From: Armatimonadota bacterium
GTDB lineage: Bacteria; Armatimonadota; SYMT01
NCBI GenBank assembly: GCA_046292385.1
Contig: JBKBRF010000025.1
Location: 33,662 to 97,661, forward strand
Length of the DNA: 64,000 nt
Direction: 5' to 3'
Shown here: one piece after another, positions 38,406-47,922 of the stretch
How positions within the stretch are numbered: position 1 is the stretch's first letter
Layout of the letters: each line of letters starts with the position of its first letter
Made by a program: the position numbers and the translations under genes
Notes under the pieces: model-generated
What the model saw: the letters and a program-made list of their open reading frames with translations, nothing else
Databases searched by the model: none
Told to the model about the DNA's origin: nothing

Positions 38406-39989
38406 TCAGAGCGGAGTGAGACGGATGAGGAAGCCGCCCCCGTCCGGTCCGGTGATCCCGTAGAAGCCGTCCTTCTTGAGGAGCCGCGCGTTCAGCGGGT
38501 CGCGCGCGTACGACGGGAGCCCGTAGAAGATCCGCCCGAGCGTCTCCACGCTGTTGGAGCTATACGTCGCGAAGATCTTGTAGAGCACCAGGCGCTGGTG
38601 GTCGGCGCTCAGCTCGCTCCACGGCACGGGAGCGGAGAAGTCTCTGCCGCCGAGCGAGAGCTGGAGCTCGTCCACGACGAGCTCCGACTGCATCCGGAGC
38701 CGATTCTCGATAAAGAGCAAGACCTGCCGATCCGGTCCTTGCTGAGGCACCGGGACCGGGTCCCGGTAGTAGCGGACAGGATCCCCGTTGAGGCGCTGCG
38801 GAGGGGTGGTTAGGAGGCGCAGCAGATCGGCCGGCAGGGCGTCCTGGATGAGCTGCTTCAGATCCGCCGGTTGTCTCACCGCCGAGGGTCGACGTCTCCG
38901 CAGCCGGATCGTCTCCCTGGACCGGTTCTCCCCCCGGGTCAGGCTCCAGTTGTGGAGCTCCGCCAGGGCCGCCGGTCCGTGCGGCGCCATCTCCTTGTGA
39001 AGCAGCAGCACCAGACGCCGGTCGAGCAGCTCCGGTGCGAACACGACCTTCGAGCCGAGTGACTCGGACAGCCGCGCTCCCGCCTCCCGAACGGAGTAGG
39101 CGCGTACGAGCGACATGTCGAGCGCTGGGGGCACGGCACGGACGGGGCCAAGCAGCTTGGTAAGGGGGCGGCTCTCAGTGCCGACACGGAACAACGCGAT
39201 CGGGTGCCGCGGAACGGGACCCTGGCTCTTCGGAAAGCTCACCGACAGCGGGAGGGAGCCAGGAGGGGGAGGCCCGCTGGGGCGGATGAGGCCGACCGTC
39301 GCTCCGGGTAGGCCGTCCAGATACGCCTCTAGCAGCGACCAGGAGAAGAGGAGCCGGCCGAAAGTATGGCTCCGGATCGCCTCCAACGCCTGCTGTTGCT
39401 GCGCCGCTGGCAGGGCGGAGATCGGCACGCCTCCCTGTTCGAGCTGCGGTGATAGCTCCGGCGGCAGCGCCTCCGCAGCGCGCCGAAGGGCGCTCAGGGT
39501 GGCCGGGGCAGCGCCCTCGCTTTGCCGCCCGACGATGGCCAGTATGTCTTTCGCCACCGCGCGCAGCTCGGCTTCCGTCAGCTCCGGCCGGGAGTGCTCG
39601 TCCGAGAAGCGCTTCCGGAGCAGCACCACCCCCGTCCTGGAGACTTCCCAGGCATAGTCGTACGAGTCTGCCAGGCCGGTCAGCGCCTTCTCGGCCGTCA
39701 CCTTTCCAGGCGCCGGCTCTCCGGGTGTGGGCACATACGCCGTCTGTGGCGGCCAGCCCTCGATGATCAGGCTGATTCCGGCTCGTACCGCCAGCGCCTC
39801 CGCGGCTGCCTGCATGCTCTCCTGCGGCCCCAGCGGCTCGATCTCGCGGGCCTGCCATCCCGCGGCCCTGGCGTCCGGATGGCGAACAGCGCTCTGCACC
39901 GGAGGTTTCGCGCACGCGCCGGCGCTGACCAGCACCGCGACTAAGAACCCCAATGCGAGAGCAACCCATTGCCCTCCAGACGTTTTCAT
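38406..39989 (-). CDS. Hypothetical secreted protein/lipoprotein with STN-like (secretin N-terminal-like) segments
   Basis: Signal peptide ending SAGAC; LAVRAGISLII...AL..LADSYDY.WEV..GVVLL pattern and a second similar segment. Confidence 0.65.
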   Translation of the reverse strand: MKTSGGQWVALALGFLVAVLVSAGACAKPPVQSAVRHPDARAAGWQAREIEPLGPQESMQAAAEALAVRAGISLIIEGWPPQTAYVPTPGEPAPGKVTAEKALTGLADSYDYAWEVSRTGVVLLRKRFSDEHSRPELTEAELRAVAKDILAIVGRQSEGAAPATLSALRRAAEALPPELSPQLEQGGVPISALPAAQQQQALEAIRSHTFGRLLFSWSLLEAYLDGLPGATVGLIRPSGPPPPGSLPLSVSFPKSQGPVPRHPIALFRVGTESRPLTKLLGPVRAVPPALDMSLVRAYSVREAGARLSESLGSKVVFAPELLDRRLVLLLHKEMAPHGPAALAELHNWSLTRGENRSRETIRLRRRRPSAVRQPADLKQLIQDALPADLLRLLTTPPQRLNGDPVRYYRDPVPVPQQGPDRQVLLFIENRLRMQSELVVDELQLSLGGRDFSAPVPWSELSADHQRLVLYKIFATYSSNSVETLGRIFYGLPSYARDPLNARLLKKDGFYGITGPDGGGFLIRLTPL

Positions 39990-40036
39990 CGTGATTATTC
40001 CTTCACACTATTCAACTGTAGCCGCGCCTGTGTTGA

Positions 40037-40681
40037 TCAAGGGCCACATGGCCCCGGGTTCGGATCGATCGGAAGGACCGCGATCCATTCGATCTTTCCA
40101 TACCCTTGGTAGTCACCGGGCTTTGTTACTCCAGCAGTGGGATGGATGACGGCTTTACAGGTCTTTGCACCATTAAATATGTTCTGAACTACGTAGAATG
40201 ACTTGGGACCATCGGTGGCTGGCGCTTGCTTGCCGTTGGTGCTGGCGTCTGTCTGGACAACGCCCTGAATCCCAACCGCACCGAAGTCACCTCCACCCGT
40301 CATGAGCAGGGCTGACGTGCCGGCAAACGCATCAGCCCGGGCGGTGACCCAGACGTGAACCTTCTCGCCCTGCGGCACCGGTTCAGGACCGAGCCAGGCC
40401 CAGAGGACCTCGTAATTAACGTCATGCGCTGTAGTGAGTTGATTGTTCGCGGTGCTTCCGGCGGGCCTTGTGGCACGTGCCCATACGGCGACACCTCTGA
40501 ATGGAGCTTCTACGAAACCATGACTGACCCAGGTGCTATCGCCAGGCTGGAGCCCGTTGACCAACGGGTAGATTGGCGAAATCTCTATAGCTTCATATGC
40601 ATACCATTCGGCTTGCGCGGGACTGGACAACAACGCGACCAACGACGTTGCAAGCGTGCAGAGGCAGAGCAGTCTTCTCAT
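40037..40681 (-). CDS. Hypothetical secreted beta-rich protein, markedly low GC
   Basis: GGAGG RBS, signal peptide ending AQA, AT-rich codons. Confidence 0.75.
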   Translation of the reverse strand: MRRLLCLCTLATSLVALLSSPAQAEWYAYEAIEISPIYPLVNGLQPGDSTWVSHGFVEAPFRGVAVWARATRPAGSTANNQLTTAHDVNYEVLWAWLGPEPVPQGEKVHVWVTARADAFAGTSALLMTGGGDFGAVGIQGVVQTDASTNGKQAPATDGPKSFYVVQNIFNGAKTCKAVIHPTAGVTKPGDYQGYGKIEWIAVLPIDPNPGPCGP

Positions 40682-40806
40682 GACACAATCATCCTCCGAT
40701 AGCGCAACCGCAAAAGGCGATGCTTTACAGCGTTAGATTGTATGCTGGATGATCGCACTCCTTCCCGGCGGCCTCCTTGGTGGTGGAGCAGAGTCACGAG
40801 ACATCG

Positions 40807-41523
40807 TTAGAGTGACCGGTGGAGCGCGGCGGCCTCGGCGCGGAGGTCGGCGGCGGAGAGCGGCGTCTCCGCCTGGGTGCGCTCCCAGACCGCCACGACT
40901 CCCCGGTTGAACGGCGCGAGGCGGGTGGGGTCGACGGCGCCCTCGCGGCCGGTGAGCATGAAGTAGAGGACCCGTCCGGCGGCGCGCATGTCTTCTGCCT
41001 CGGAAGAGGGAGGCGCGCCAGGGGGCGGCTCGGTGCCGCCGGGGTCGGTTAGCACGGCGCCGCGATCGGCGGTGAGCATCACGTTCTGCGGGCGGAGGTC
41101 GCCGTGGAGCAGTCCTCGCGCGTGGAGGTGCGCCAGCCCGTCGGCGACCGCCTCCAGCGTCTCCAGCACCTGCCGCAGCGGCAGTCCCCGGGCAGGGACC
41201 GCGTCCGACAGCGTGCGGCCCTCCAGCCACTCAAGCGCGAGGAACGGCGCCGCGTCGCTGCTTCCGGAATCGAGCAGGCGCACGACGCGGGGATGGTCGG
41301 CCCGCCGGAGAACCGCTTCCTCTTCAGCCAGGCGACGCTCCGCTCCCGGGATCTCGGTCTTGGCGAGCTTCAGCGCGCACGCGGCCCCGCCCAGACGGGC
41401 CTGGTAGACGCGGGCGTAGGAGCCCTCCCCGACCCACGCCACCACTTCCAGCGTCTGACCCCGGTGCGTGGCAAATCGGTCGCCGCGGCGCAGCGGACGG
41501 TGTCCGGCGGTGGGGCGGCTCAC
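40807..41523 (-). CDS. Hanks-type protein kinase domain, atypical/minimal
   Basis: GEGSYARVY, ALK, HGDLRPQN, TDPG; GTGA overlap with the upstream gene. Confidence 0.82.
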   Translation of the reverse strand: MSRPTAGHRPLRRGDRFATHRGQTLEVVAWVGEGSYARVYQARLGGAACALKLAKTEIPGAERRLAEEEAVLRRADHPRVVRLLDSGSSDAAPFLALEWLEGRTLSDAVPARGLPLRQVLETLEAVADGLAHLHARGLLHGDLRPQNVMLTADRGAVLTDPGGTEPPPGAPPSSEAEDMRAAGRVLYFMLTGREGAVDPTRLAPFNRGVVAVWERTQAETPLSAADLRAEAAALHRSL

Positions 41524-42959
41524 GGCGCCCCCACGGAGAGCGTGGTGGACCGGCCGGCGACGACCTCGACCTCGCTCTCGGTCTGCCACGTGGCGCCGAC
41601 CACCCGCACCTGGTGCCGCCCGGCGGCGAGGGTCACGCGGAGCGGCGAGCTCCCGGCGAGCTGGCCGTCGACGAAGACGCGCGCGCCCTTCGGCTGCGTC
41701 TCGACCTGCAGCGTGCCGCCCCGGAGCACGCGGAGGGAGGCGGACGAGGCATCCAGCTCTACCGGGTAGCTGCGCCCGCCGGCGTCGGAGAGGAGACCGC
41801 GCGTGGGGTCGTAGCGAAACCGGCCCGCCGCGGCGAGGCGGCCGTCCCGGCCGACGGTGAAGCCCTGCAGGTCGAGCGGACCGCTCGGGGGGGCGACGTT
41901 CCGCGTGCCGAGCGCGTAGATGCGGTTTCCCAACTCGTCCCAGAGGATCACGTTCCCCGGCGGGAGGTGACGCAGGCTCCCCGGGTCCGCCGGCTCCCTC
42001 GCCGCCGCGCGGTCGGGAGCGCCCGGAGCGCCGGGGGGCGCGGGCACCAGGGTGCGGCCGGCGTAGAACCCACCGGCGAGCAGCCCCGCGCCGAGGAGTG
42101 CCGCCAAGAGCGGTGACACCCCTCGCGCTTTCGCGGGGCGGGCGGACGGCGCGGAGGCCATGACTGCATCCTCTCTCGGAAATTCGGGGCTCTTCGGCGG
42201 CACCGCCGCTCGGGCGGAGACGGGCCGCGGCGCTTCGGTCAGCGCCGTCACCTCCGCCACCGCGACAGTCGTATCGTCGTCGTAATCGCGCGAGCGGCTG
42301 TGGGCGGTCAACTGGCTCGCGATCACCTGGGGATCGGCGCCCGCCCGACCCAGCACCCGCGTCAGCTCCTCGCCGCCGGCCGCGCCGAAGTAGCGGGTCA
42401 GGCCGTCGGTGCAGAGCAGGAGGCGGTCGCCGACTGCCAACGCGAGCCGCCGGCACTCCGGCTCCAGGGGATCGTCCTGTCCCAGGAACTGGGCCGGCCG
42501 GTTCCCCGCGCGGCGGTCCTCGCCGCCGGCCAGGGCGCTCACCCGCCCCTCCCGCGCGAGGAAGACGGAGCCGTCGCCGACGTGCGCCACGTAGAGGACC
42601 CCCTCCGCCGCGAGTGCGAGGCTCAGGGTCGTCCCCGGCGGTTTTCCGGTGCCGCTAGTGCGGAGGGCGCGGACCGCGCGGTGGGCCGCCTGCAGCGCTT
42701 CGAGCAGGAGCCGCGCGGGATCCGGAGCCCGCTCCAGGCGGGCCGGGTCGAACAGCCGCTCCCGCGCCGCGGCGACCGCCGCCTGCGAGGCTTCCTGGGG
42801 CCGCGGGTGGCCGCCCATGCCGTCCGCCACCATCAGCACCGCATCGAAGACCGGATGCTCGTCGGTCACGAAAGCGGCGTCTTCGTTGCCCAGCCCCTCT
42901 ACGTGGTGACGGTGCCCGGCCTGGGTCTTCCAGGCGAGATTCACGATGGCACGCGGCAT
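41520..42959 (-). CDS. PP2C/PPM Ser/Thr phosphatase + TM helix + PEGA domain
   Basis: NED, VADGMGGH, HVGD, LLCTDGL, DDDTT; TM LLAALLGAGLLAGGFYAG; LQVETQPKGARVFVDG..G.SP. Confidence 0.88.
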   Translation of the reverse strand: MPRAIVNLAWKTQAGHRHHVEGLGNEDAAFVTDEHPVFDAVLMVADGMGGHPRPQEASQAAVAAARERLFDPARLERAPDPARLLLEALQAAHRAVRALRTSGTGKPPGTTLSLALAAEGVLYVAHVGDGSVFLAREGRVSALAGGEDRRAGNRPAQFLGQDDPLEPECRRLALAVGDRLLLCTDGLTRYFGAAGGEELTRVLGRAGADPQVIASQLTAHSRSRDYDDDTTVAVAEVTALTEAPRPVSARAAVPPKSPEFPREDAVMASAPSARPAKARGVSPLLAALLGAGLLAGGFYAGRTLVPAPPGAPGAPDRAAAREPADPGSLRHLPPGNVILWDELGNRIYALGTRNVAPPSGPLDLQGFTVGRDGRLAAAGRFRYDPTRGLLSDAGGRSYPVELDASSASLRVLRGGTLQVETQPKGARVFVDGQLAGSSPLRVTLAAGRHQVRVVGATWQTESEVEVVAGRSTTLSVGAP

Positions 42960-43456
42960 CACGCTCCCTCCGGCCCGCGCAGGGTGTAGCGGAAGCGCGA
43001 GAGCTGCCCCAGGTCGAGCGTGTCGCCGTCGGTCAGCTCCGCGCGGCGGCCGCGCTCGAGCGGCTCGTTGTTGTGGAGCACCGTGCCCTCCCCCAGCGGC
43101 TCCGCCTCGTAGCGGCCCAGCTCTGCGTTGTAGCGCAGGAGCAAGTGGTCCTGCGCGATGTCGTCCGCCGTCAGATAGAGGTAGCTCGTATCCGCCGTCG
43201 CCGACCGCGGCAGCGAGCCGACGACGGTCCGGCCCCCCGGCCGGAGCGGAAACCACTGCACCTTGCGGTCGAGCGCGCTGCCGTCCTCGCAGAAGAGCCA
43301 GGCGGGCGCCGCGGCGGGGCCGGCAGTCTTCGCCTCCACAGCCGGCAGCTCCGGCGGCGCCTGCAGGACCGCCGGCAGGTAGCGTTTCCAGAGCAGCCAC
43401 ACGATGTAGGCGCCAAACGCAGCCCACGCGACCCAGAGGAGAAAGTTACCGATCAT
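42959..43456 (-). CDS. Membrane-anchored FHA-like domain protein
   Basis: N-terminal TM; ...DHLLL...VLHNN...LTDGDTLDLG FHA fold signature. Confidence 0.75.
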   Translation of the reverse strand: MIGNFLLWVAWAAFGAYIVWLLWKRYLPAVLQAPPELPAVEAKTAGPAAAPAWLFCEDGSALDRKVQWFPLRPGGRTVVGSLPRSATADTSYLYLTADDIAQDHLLLRYNAELGRYEAEPLGEGTVLHNNEPLERGRRAELTDGDTLDLGQLSRFRYTLRGPEGA

Positions 43457-43468
43457 TGGCTAATGAAA

Positions 43469-43766
43469 TTCACCACGGAGCGCACAGAGAGCACAGAGAA
43501 GAACCCGAACCAGGATCCGGACCAGATTAACCGCCAAGAGCGCAAAGAGTGACCGGAAAAGACAAACCCCGGGGCCGCTGTACGGGACTCGCGAGACGGA
43601 TCAGGCCCCTCCCGCTCATCCTCTGGTTCCCCTCTGCGTTCCCTCAGCGCTCTCCGCGACCTCTGCGGTGAAACAGGTTCGGACTCGAGGCCGCAGTACG
43701 GCATACGTGAAGCGGAGCAGCTCTCCCCTGGATCCTCTCTGTGCCCTCTGTGTGCTCTGTGGTGAA
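43469..43766. repeat. Cluster of 8-9-mer periodic repeats in inverted arrangement
   Basis: TTCACCACGGAGCGCACAGAGAGCACAGAG ... CTCTCCGCGACCTCTGCGGTGAA ... CTCTGTGCCCTCTGTGTGCTCTGTGGTGAA; same family as 17078-17260. Confidence 0.85.
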
Positions 43767-43792
43767 TAACGATTCGGAATCACGTTTCGGGG

Positions 43793-44926
43793 TCACCCCC
43801 GCACCCGGGCCGCGATCCGCACCAGGGCGCCGGCGGCGGCATCGACCTCCGCCTCGGTCGTCCCCCGGCCGAGCGAGAGCCGCAGCGCGCTCACCTGCCG
43901 CTCGTACGGCACGCCGAGCGCCTTGACCACGTGCGACGGCTCGATGGCGCCCGCGGTGCAGGCGGAGCCGGAGGAGCAGGCGATTTTCTCCAGGTCCATG
44001 TTCAGCACCAGGAGGTCGCTCTCCACGCCGGGGATCGAGAAATGCGCGTTGTTCGGCAGCCGCTCGGTCGGATGGCCGTTCAGGCTGGCGTCCGGGACCT
44101 CGGCGAGCACCCGCCGGACCAGCCGCTGCCGCAGCGCGGTGATGCGGGCGGAGGTCTCCGGCTGCTCCGCCACTGCCAACTCCAGCGCGCGCGCAAAGCC
44201 GACCGCCCCCGCCACGTTCTCCGTGCCGGGCCGCCGGCCGCGCTCCTGCCCGCCGCCGTGCAGCAGCGGCTGGAAGCGGGCGCCCTTGCGCGCGTAGAGC
44301 GCGCCGGTGCCCTTGGGGCCATAGAACTTGTGCGCGGTCAGGACCAGGAAGTCGGCCTGGAAGTCGTCCACCCCCAGCGGCAGCGCCCCCGCCCACTGGA
44401 CCGCGTCCGAGTGGAACGGCACCCCCGCCTCGCGGCAGACCGCTGCGATCTCCCGCACCGGCGCCAGCGTGCCGATCTCGTTGTTCGCCGCCATGATCGA
44501 GACGAGGAACGTCTCCGGCCGCAGCGCCCGCCGCACGTCGTCCGGATCGACCCGCCCGCAGGAGTCGACCGGCAGCACCGTCACCTCCACCCCTCGGCCC
44601 TGCAGCCACTCGGCGGTGTGGAGCACCGCGTGATGCTCCGTGGCGGCGGTGATCAGGTGACCGGTGCGGCCCTTCTGCTGAAGGTAGGCCCCGATCAGCA
44701 CCATGTTGTCCGCCTCGGTGCCGCTGCCGGTGAAGATGATCTCGTCCGCCCGCGCCCCGATCAGCGCCGCCACGCGGTCTCGCGCGGAGTCCAGCGCCCG
44801 CCGCGCCTCCTGCCCCACGGCGTGGACGCTCGACGGATTGCCGAACAGCTCCGTGAAGTACGGGCGCATCGCTTCCGCCACTTCGGGCCGGCACGGAGTG
44901 GTCGCGGCGTGGTCGAGATAGATCAT
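43793..44926 (-). CDS. iscS: Cysteine desulfurase (group I, IscS/NifS-like)
   Basis: IYLDHAATTP, GNPSS, NNEIGT, AHKFYGPKG, SSGSAC. Confidence 0.93.
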   Translation of the reverse strand: MIYLDHAATTPCRPEVAEAMRPYFTELFGNPSSVHAVGQEARRALDSARDRVAALIGARADEIIFTGSGTEADNMVLIGAYLQQKGRTGHLITAATEHHAVLHTAEWLQGRGVEVTVLPVDSCGRVDPDDVRRALRPETFLVSIMAANNEIGTLAPVREIAAVCREAGVPFHSDAVQWAGALPLGVDDFQADFLVLTAHKFYGPKGTGALYARKGARFQPLLHGGGQERGRRPGTENVAGAVGFARALELAVAEQPETSARITALRQRLVRRVLAEVPDASLNGHPTERLPNNAHFSIPGVESDLLVLNMDLEKIACSSGSACTAGAIEPSHVVKALGVPYERQVSALRLSLGRGTTEAEVDAAAGALVRIAARVRG

Positions 44927-45045
44927 GGCCAAATCGGAGTGCGGAGCAGTTTCTCGGGACGAGCGCCGCAGTCTACGCTCGCCCACCGCAGCCGAGATTC
45001 TTTACTGCGTCAAGAATGACTGCTTACGCCTGCGCCGGGCGGTGC

Positions 45046-45909
45046 TTACTCGGCGCCACTCTTCAGCAGCTCGTTCATGCTGCCGCTGCGGAAGCCCTGC
45101 AAGTCGAGCGAAACGTAGTGGTAGCCCGCCGCCTTCACGCCGGCGACGATCCGGTCGAGCCGCGCGTCGTCGAGCAGGCGCGCGAACTCGGCCCGAGGGA
45201 TCTCGATCCGCGCGACCTCGTCGTGGTGCCGGACGCGGAACTGCTGGAAGCCTTCCGCCCGCAGCGCGTTCTCCGCCGCCTCGATGCGGGCTAGCGTCTC
45301 CGGCGAGACCGGAGTGCCGTACGGGATGCGGGAGCTCAGGCACGCCATTGCCGGCTTGCTCCAGTTCGGCAGCCCCATCCGGCGCGCCACCTCCCGGATC
45401 TCCGGCTTCGACATCCCCGCTTCGTAGAGCGGGCTGCGCACCTCGCGCTCCTTCGCGGCCTGGTGGCCGGGGCGCCAGTCCGACATGTCGTCCACGTTGG
45501 CGCCGTAGGCGATCTCCGCGTAGCCTTCCCGCTCCGCGATCTCCTTCAGGTGCACGAAAAGCTCCGACTTACAGAAGTAGCAGCGGCGGCCGTCGTTCTT
45601 CCGGTACTCCGGGTTCTCCATCTCCCGGGTCTCCACCACCCGGGTGTTCCAGCCGCGCTCGCGGGCGATCTCCAGCGCCAGCTCCAGCTCCGCGCGCGGG
45701 TACGACTCGCTCTGGGCGATCACCATCAGCGCGCGGTCGCCCAACGCCTCGTGGGCGGCGGCGGCAACCAGCGTGCTGTCCACGCCCCCGGAAAAGCCGA
45801 CCACCACGCTGCCCATCTCCCGAAGGAGGGCGAGCAGACGCTCCTGCTTCTCCGCAATCACTTCCGGATCGAGCGCGGGACGGGTCTCGAGTGATACCAG
45901 CGATGCCAT
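45046..45909 (-). CDS. larE: ATP-dependent sulfur transferase LarE (NPN cofactor biosynthesis)
   Basis: FSGGVDS PP-loop, RCYFCK, D.RPG, ACLSSRIPYG, RVRHH, GFRSGSMN. Confidence 0.93.
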   Translation of the reverse strand: MASLVSLETRPALDPEVIAEKQERLLALLREMGSVVVGFSGGVDSTLVAAAAHEALGDRALMVIAQSESYPRAELELALEIARERGWNTRVVETREMENPEYRKNDGRRCYFCKSELFVHLKEIAEREGYAEIAYGANVDDMSDWRPGHQAAKEREVRSPLYEAGMSKPEIREVARRMGLPNWSKPAMACLSSRIPYGTPVSPETLARIEAAENALRAEGFQQFRVRHHDEVARIEIPRAEFARLLDDARLDRIVAGVKAAGYHYVSLDLQGFRSGSMNELLKSGAE

Positions 45910-46106
45910 GAAACTCCTCGCAGCCGGCGCCCGTCACCGGGAGAAGACCGGGACGAGCGTACCCGCCCGATTATACCCGTCGCACGGAGAGGCACGCAAA
46001 TGCGCCCCGGGCCGCCTCGCGGGCGCCGTTCGCTTGACATGGGCCGTATAGAAGGATGAGGATTCACCAGACTGCCGAAAGCGGCGGGGACTGCGAAAGG
46101 CTTTTT

Positions 46107-46637
46107 GTGCGAAACCGATTCTGGCTCGTCGCCGGGGCAGTGGTCGTGCTGGACCAGCTCACCAAGCTCTGGGCGGTGCAGGCGCTCTCGCTGAGCGATC
46201 CCTCCCGCCCGTTGATTCCGGGGCTGATCTCGCTCGAGCTGGTCTACAACCTGGGCGTGGCGTTCGGACAGCTCTCCGGCTGGGGGCCGGTGCTGGTGGC
46301 CCTCTCCGCCGCCGCGTGCGCCGCGATGATCTACTACCGCGCCCGCGTGCTGCGGCGCGCCGGCACGATGCACTCGCTCCTCTCGCTGGGGCTGGCGCTG
46401 CCGCTCGGCGGCGCGGTGGGGAATCTGCTCGACCGCGCGCGGCTCGGGCACGTGGTCGACTTCATCGTGCTGGAGTTCTGGCCGCAGTTCCCGCGGTTCA
46501 ACATCGCGGACAGCGCCATTACGGTGGGAGCCGTGCTCCTGGCCGCCTACTTCGTCTTCGTGGTCGAGGCAGAGCCGCGGCCGGAAACGGAGCCTGCCGG
46601 AGCCGCCCCCGAGGCGGGGAGTGGGCAGGAGGCGTGA
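46107..46637 (+). CDS. lspA: Lipoprotein signal peptidase II (start uncertain, 46056 or 46107)
   Basis: DQLTK, NLGVAFG, GGAVGNLLDR, VVDFI, FNIADSAITVG. Confidence 0.94.
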   Translation: MRNRFWLVAGAVVVLDQLTKLWAVQALSLSDPSRPLIPGLISLELVYNLGVAFGQLSGWGPVLVALSAAACAAMIYYRARVLRRAGTMHSLLSLGLALPLGGAVGNLLDRARLGHVVDFIVLEFWPQFPRFNIADSAITVGAVLLAAYFVFVVEAEPRPETEPAGAAPEAGSGQEA

Positions 46638-46808
46638 TGGCTCCTTGCATTGCGAAGAGTCCGCGTTCGAGTGTGGACCGACCCCGAGCCCTAGTCGCGC
46701 CCGCCGGACGCCGACCGAGAGTCCCGTTGACGAGAGACCGTTGGCGAGCTCAGCGGGGCGGGAGCCTCACCGGCGGCCGAGCACTCCGGCGAGATTCCCC
46801 TGGCGGGG

Positions 46809-46917
46809 AAGCGGTGGCAAGCCACCGCACTCCACAGACTGCACCGATGAAGTCTCCCTTCCGACGTGAGGGACTCCCTTCCGGTCCGGCCTGTGGAGTG
46901 CGAATGCTTGCTTTCGC
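46809..46917. repeat. Inverted REP pair (REPIN-like)
   Basis: GCGGTGGCAAGCCACCGCACTCCACAG ... CTGTGGAGTGCGAATGCTTGCTTTCGC; 12-bp perfect IR at 46826-46837/46891-46902. Confidence 0.65.
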
Positions 46918-47004
46918 GCCCCGCGCCAGCGGGGCCGCCGGCCCAGCTTCCCGCCACCGGGGCCGGCTCCAGAGCCAGCGAACGGCCGCAAGAGAGATGA
47001 GGCC

Positions 47005-47826
47005 ATGCTTCCGCGCCTGATAGAAATCGGCCCGCTTACCTTCTACTCGTTCGGGCTCATGGTGGTCCTCGGGTTTATCCTCGCTGTGCTGCTGGCGGCG
47101 CGGCTGGCGCGGCTGCGCGGTCTGCCCGGCGACGCTTTCCTGGACGGCGCGGTGCTGATCCTGTTTGCCAGCATCGCCGGCGCGCGGCTCACCTACGTGG
47201 CGCTCAACTGGGAGGAGTTCGTCCGCAGTCCGGCCGGGATCGGGGCGATGTGGCAGGGGGGCATGACCTCGGTCGGCGGCATCGCGGCGGGAATCCTGAC
47301 CGGGGCCCTCTACATGCGCTGGAAGGGAATCTCCGTGCTGGCGATGGCGGACGCCGCCGCGCCGGCGCTGGGCCTGGGCACCGCGATCGGCCGCATCGGC
47401 TGCCTGCTGAACGGCTGCTGCTACGGCACGTCGACCGACCTTCCCTGGGGCATTCCGGGCAAGTTCCTGCACGGCGCGGACCCGGGCTTCCACTACCACC
47501 CGGCGCAGGTGTACGACGGCGCGCTGAACGCGCTGCTGATGGTGCTGCTCATCGTCGCCTACCTGCGCCCGCACCGCACGGGCCAGGTGATGGCGCTCTA
47601 CCTCGGCGGCTACTCCTTCTTCCGCTTCCTGGTGGAGAGCCTGCGGAAGGGCGTTACCGCCGACGTCCTCGCCTTCGGCCTCACCGAGGCACAGGTATTC
47701 ACCCTGGTGATGATGCTCGCCGCCGCCGCCTGGTGGGCCTGGCTGCAGCGCCACGGCCGGCCCGCCCCGCCGCTGGTTGCAAAGAGCCCGGGAGAGCCCA
47801 CACCCGAGGCTGCCGCCGGCGTGTAG
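47005..47826 (+). CDS. lgt: Prolipoprotein diacylglyceryl transferase
   Basis: GARL.YV, WQGG, D..AP...G.AIGRIGC..NGCCYG, HPAQVY, RF.VE.LR. Confidence 0.94.
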   Translation: MLPRLIEIGPLTFYSFGLMVVLGFILAVLLAARLARLRGLPGDAFLDGAVLILFASIAGARLTYVALNWEEFVRSPAGIGAMWQGGMTSVGGIAAGILTGALYMRWKGISVLAMADAAAPALGLGTAIGRIGCLLNGCCYGTSTDLPWGIPGKFLHGADPGFHYHPAQVYDGALNALLMVLLIVAYLRPHRTGQVMALYLGGYSFFRFLVESLRKGVTADVLAFGLTEAQVFTLVMMLAAAAWWAWLQRHGRPAPPLVAKSPGEPTPEAAAGV

Positions 47827-47922
47827 CGGCCCTGGTATTCACCGCAGAGGCCGCGGAGCGGAACGCAGACACCGTCTCCGGCGGGTGCCCCTGAAGGAGC
47901 ACCCTGACTTTCTAGAGGAAGA

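Noticed and set aside
43469..43766. CRISPR array
   Set aside because: Repeats are degenerate, inverted and periodic, with no constant repeat-spacer pattern; no cas genes
46066..46105. c-di-GMP-I (GEMM)-like words GCCGAAAG...GGGAC..GCGAAAG before lspA
   Set aside because: Only partial resemblance; no second hairpin and it abuts or overlaps the coding start
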